In this document: in pieces, positions 61,561-64,000 of the stretch
How positions within the stretch are numbered: position 1 is the first letter of the stretch
Layout: every line of letters begins with the position of its first letter
The notes under the pieces: generated by a model
Told to the model about the DNA's origin: nothing
The model's input: only the letters and a program-made list of their open reading frames with translations
Databases searched by the model: none
Program-made: the position numbers and the translations under genes
NCBI RefSeq assembly: GCF_902652985.1
Contig: NC_047026.1
Location: forward strand, 3,410,001-3,474,000
DNA: 64,000 bases
Source: Pecten maximus
Lineage: Eukaryota
Direction: 5' to 3'

Positions 61561-64000
61561 TTGGTTCATTTAAAAATGTTCATAATTCAACTGCATTCTA
61601 TTTTCGAATCTTACTTTTGTACCAGTCATTATTTGTCATCCATTCTCTTCCATTTTGATTTCGATGTTTGTTTTTATTTCATAATTAATTTTTCAAAATA
61701 TTTTCTGAACAACATTAATTTTGATTTATTGAATCTGAACTAATTTCCTGTAACCAATTCCTGTTCTGTTTGCATTTAAACGAAAATTACAACAGGTGTG
61801 ATAGATAGGAAAACAACTGTAAAGGGAGATAACTCCATATGATAAATTGTTATCTTGTAATCAATTTATTGTACTAGTTTAGAAATTGTGAAAAATCTTT
61901 ATGTTTTTTTTTCTTTTAAGCTTTGAAAGCATACAATTTTATACATTATAGTTGCTTTCGGGAGTAGCAAACTTTTCAAAATAAAAATTTAAAAGGTTGG
62001 GGGAAATTGAAACACTCAATATAAAGTTTGTGAATCACCCCGCTGATATAAGAAGATTAAACGTGATAAAACGGGATAACGCGAGATTACAGCTCAGTTC
62101 ATCGCAGCATGAGTCCGATAGAGACTAATTTAGGATCGGTCACCTGATTTTGACGGATCATAGTGATAACAGTATTGCTTTCTTTTATTTGGATATAACG
62201 ATTATTCTGGAAAAATTAACTTCGTAAACAATGACAAAATTCAATACAATCCGTATTCGTGTATTCAAGTAATAATAAGATATATACACACATGCTGATT
62301 AGATAAAGAAATGTGTCCTTTTCATCCAGTTTTATAACAATGGTGTTGTGACCATTTCAATCGGTCTCTCCGCGTAAATGAAAGTGTTCTAAATAATGTG
62401 TCATCTCCCATCCACATTAAACAATTGAGATAATTCTGTCGTCTGCACATCATGAAGGAGGTGACATTTTAGAAACTAGCGATTAATCTCTCCCTTGTCA
62501 CTTCTGTGTTTAGCTGGGCCAAAAACTATCAGTTTGAGAGCTAAATTACTTGTCAAATTTAAAGTGCTGAATACCTAGCCATTTACAAAGGGCGTCTCGC
62601 CATTATTTTTTCATGGTTTATAAGCGATTGACCGGATGAGCGCATGAATTATAATTTCCAGCGAGTGTCACAGAGGACATTTCCTGTATATCACAGCCTG
62701 ATTGTTTTTGACTAATATCAAATGCAGCTAATTATAATAACAACAAATGACGAAAATATTAATATTCATATATTTCTGTTCCTGAGGGTAGTTTTCTCTA
62801 TTTGGTAGCAAATCTACAAGAACCGAAAGAAAATATTCCAAATTAGACATTGACATAAAAACAACTACCCTGTATGTGACAGTCTTAAACACAGTGGTGA
62901 TCGCCAATGTATGGCCAGGCGACATGTCTAGGACATTGGTCTCCATGGAAATGAGACAACTTTGGCATAAAAGGGTACCAGCCAATATATCAGATCAGTT
63001 CGCCTCAAATATGGATCAATTTTGTCCACTTTGTGAATATGATAGAGACTCCTTTATTTCAATTGCTTTACCGCCCGAGCAAATTGATAGAACAAAGTAC
63101 ACCTTTGTTACGGAGTTAATAATGCACGTGCATATTTCATATTGCCAATTACAAAAATAAAGACATTATATATGTGAATCAAAATTCAATGAAGTTTGTC
63201 GGGAAGGTCTTGTGTATTACTTAGTTATGAACTTTGAATGCGGTGATATTAAATACATGGCCAAGCTACCATAATGAGTTTACAGGGAAGGGCTACCAAA
63301 TTCAAATCTAAATTTAAATTCACTTTAATCCCTTTTCACATACTGACATGATGTATAGAGAAAAACATTTACAATATAATATATACAATTAAAGTAGCGT
63401 TCGTAGTCAAAACACAGCACTGATTCTCAACAAAACATTTTCATTTTTATCAAGGAGGACAAGGAAAGCATCTACATGTATTAGAAAGGGACGAAAGGAA
63501 CAATAGATATTCCAGGAATACATGTGCAACAACAACAACAACAACAACACTGACATGTATTTGACAATAAACAACAAAAATGCCCGAACGGAACACGCTA
63601 AATATCTGCTGAAATTAAACCAAAACAGTGTCGGTTGTACATTGAATGGGCCGGATCTGGTACAAGACAAGGAAAAACAGCATAAACCTGGAATGTCCGA
63701 GCTTCAAAATTATAATTAATAAATTTAGAGGAGAAAAAACAAACAAACAAACAAACAATAACAACAATCAAACAAAACAATAAACAAAACAAAAACAAAC
63801 AAAACAAAACAAACAAGAAATATCTTTAAAAAAAAGATAAACGGTATACTTTTAATGCTGGTGGTTATAATATAAAACTGCTGGTGAAATAAATTAACGA
63901 ACTAATCTGTTTCAGCACAGAAAACAAAATTATATCAGTTTGAATCATTTTTGGTGATTATAAGACTGCATTTGAATCTGGAATATAATTTTGTCAATGT

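Noticed and set aside
62792-63160. ~120-codon open frame containing CPLC
   Set aside because: No recognisable domain or supported splice sites.

Overview
AT-rich, repeat-dense eukaryotic DNA in which I cannot support any host protein-coding gene. The transposon and SINE families point to a marine bivalve, possibly a scallop (inference). Well-supported content: (1) a young, 5'-truncated CR1-clade LINE (28172-31231, minus strand) with an uninterrupted 786-aa RT ORF and a 20-bp target-site duplication (TSD); (2) a compact 2.38-kb PIF/Harbinger transposon (43771-46150) with TIRs, a CTG TSD, and convergent Myb/SANT and DDE transposase genes, each broken by one frameshift; (3) an intronless tRNA-Arg(TCT) gene (35322-35394, minus strand) preceded by two extra copies of its own 5' end; (4) four tRNA-derived SINEs with mixed central domains and tails; (5) a 175-bp Academ-type MITE with a 9-bp TSD, a TA-TSD MITE, a Penelope/Naiad-like RT remnant beside a (GAA)26 tract, and orphan LINE 3' ends; (6) about a dozen unrelated tandem arrays, including a ~9.5-kb 29-bp C/T-rich satellite. 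Most long ORFs in the supplied track are by-products of these arrays. I found no demonstrably new system. The best candidates for follow-up are the 63-bp array (53738-54487), whose variation clusters in two adjacent codons of an open 21-aa repeat; the tRNA locus with stacked A-boxes; the reconstructable Harbinger; and a GNRA-capped stem-loop shared by different retroelement 3' ends.
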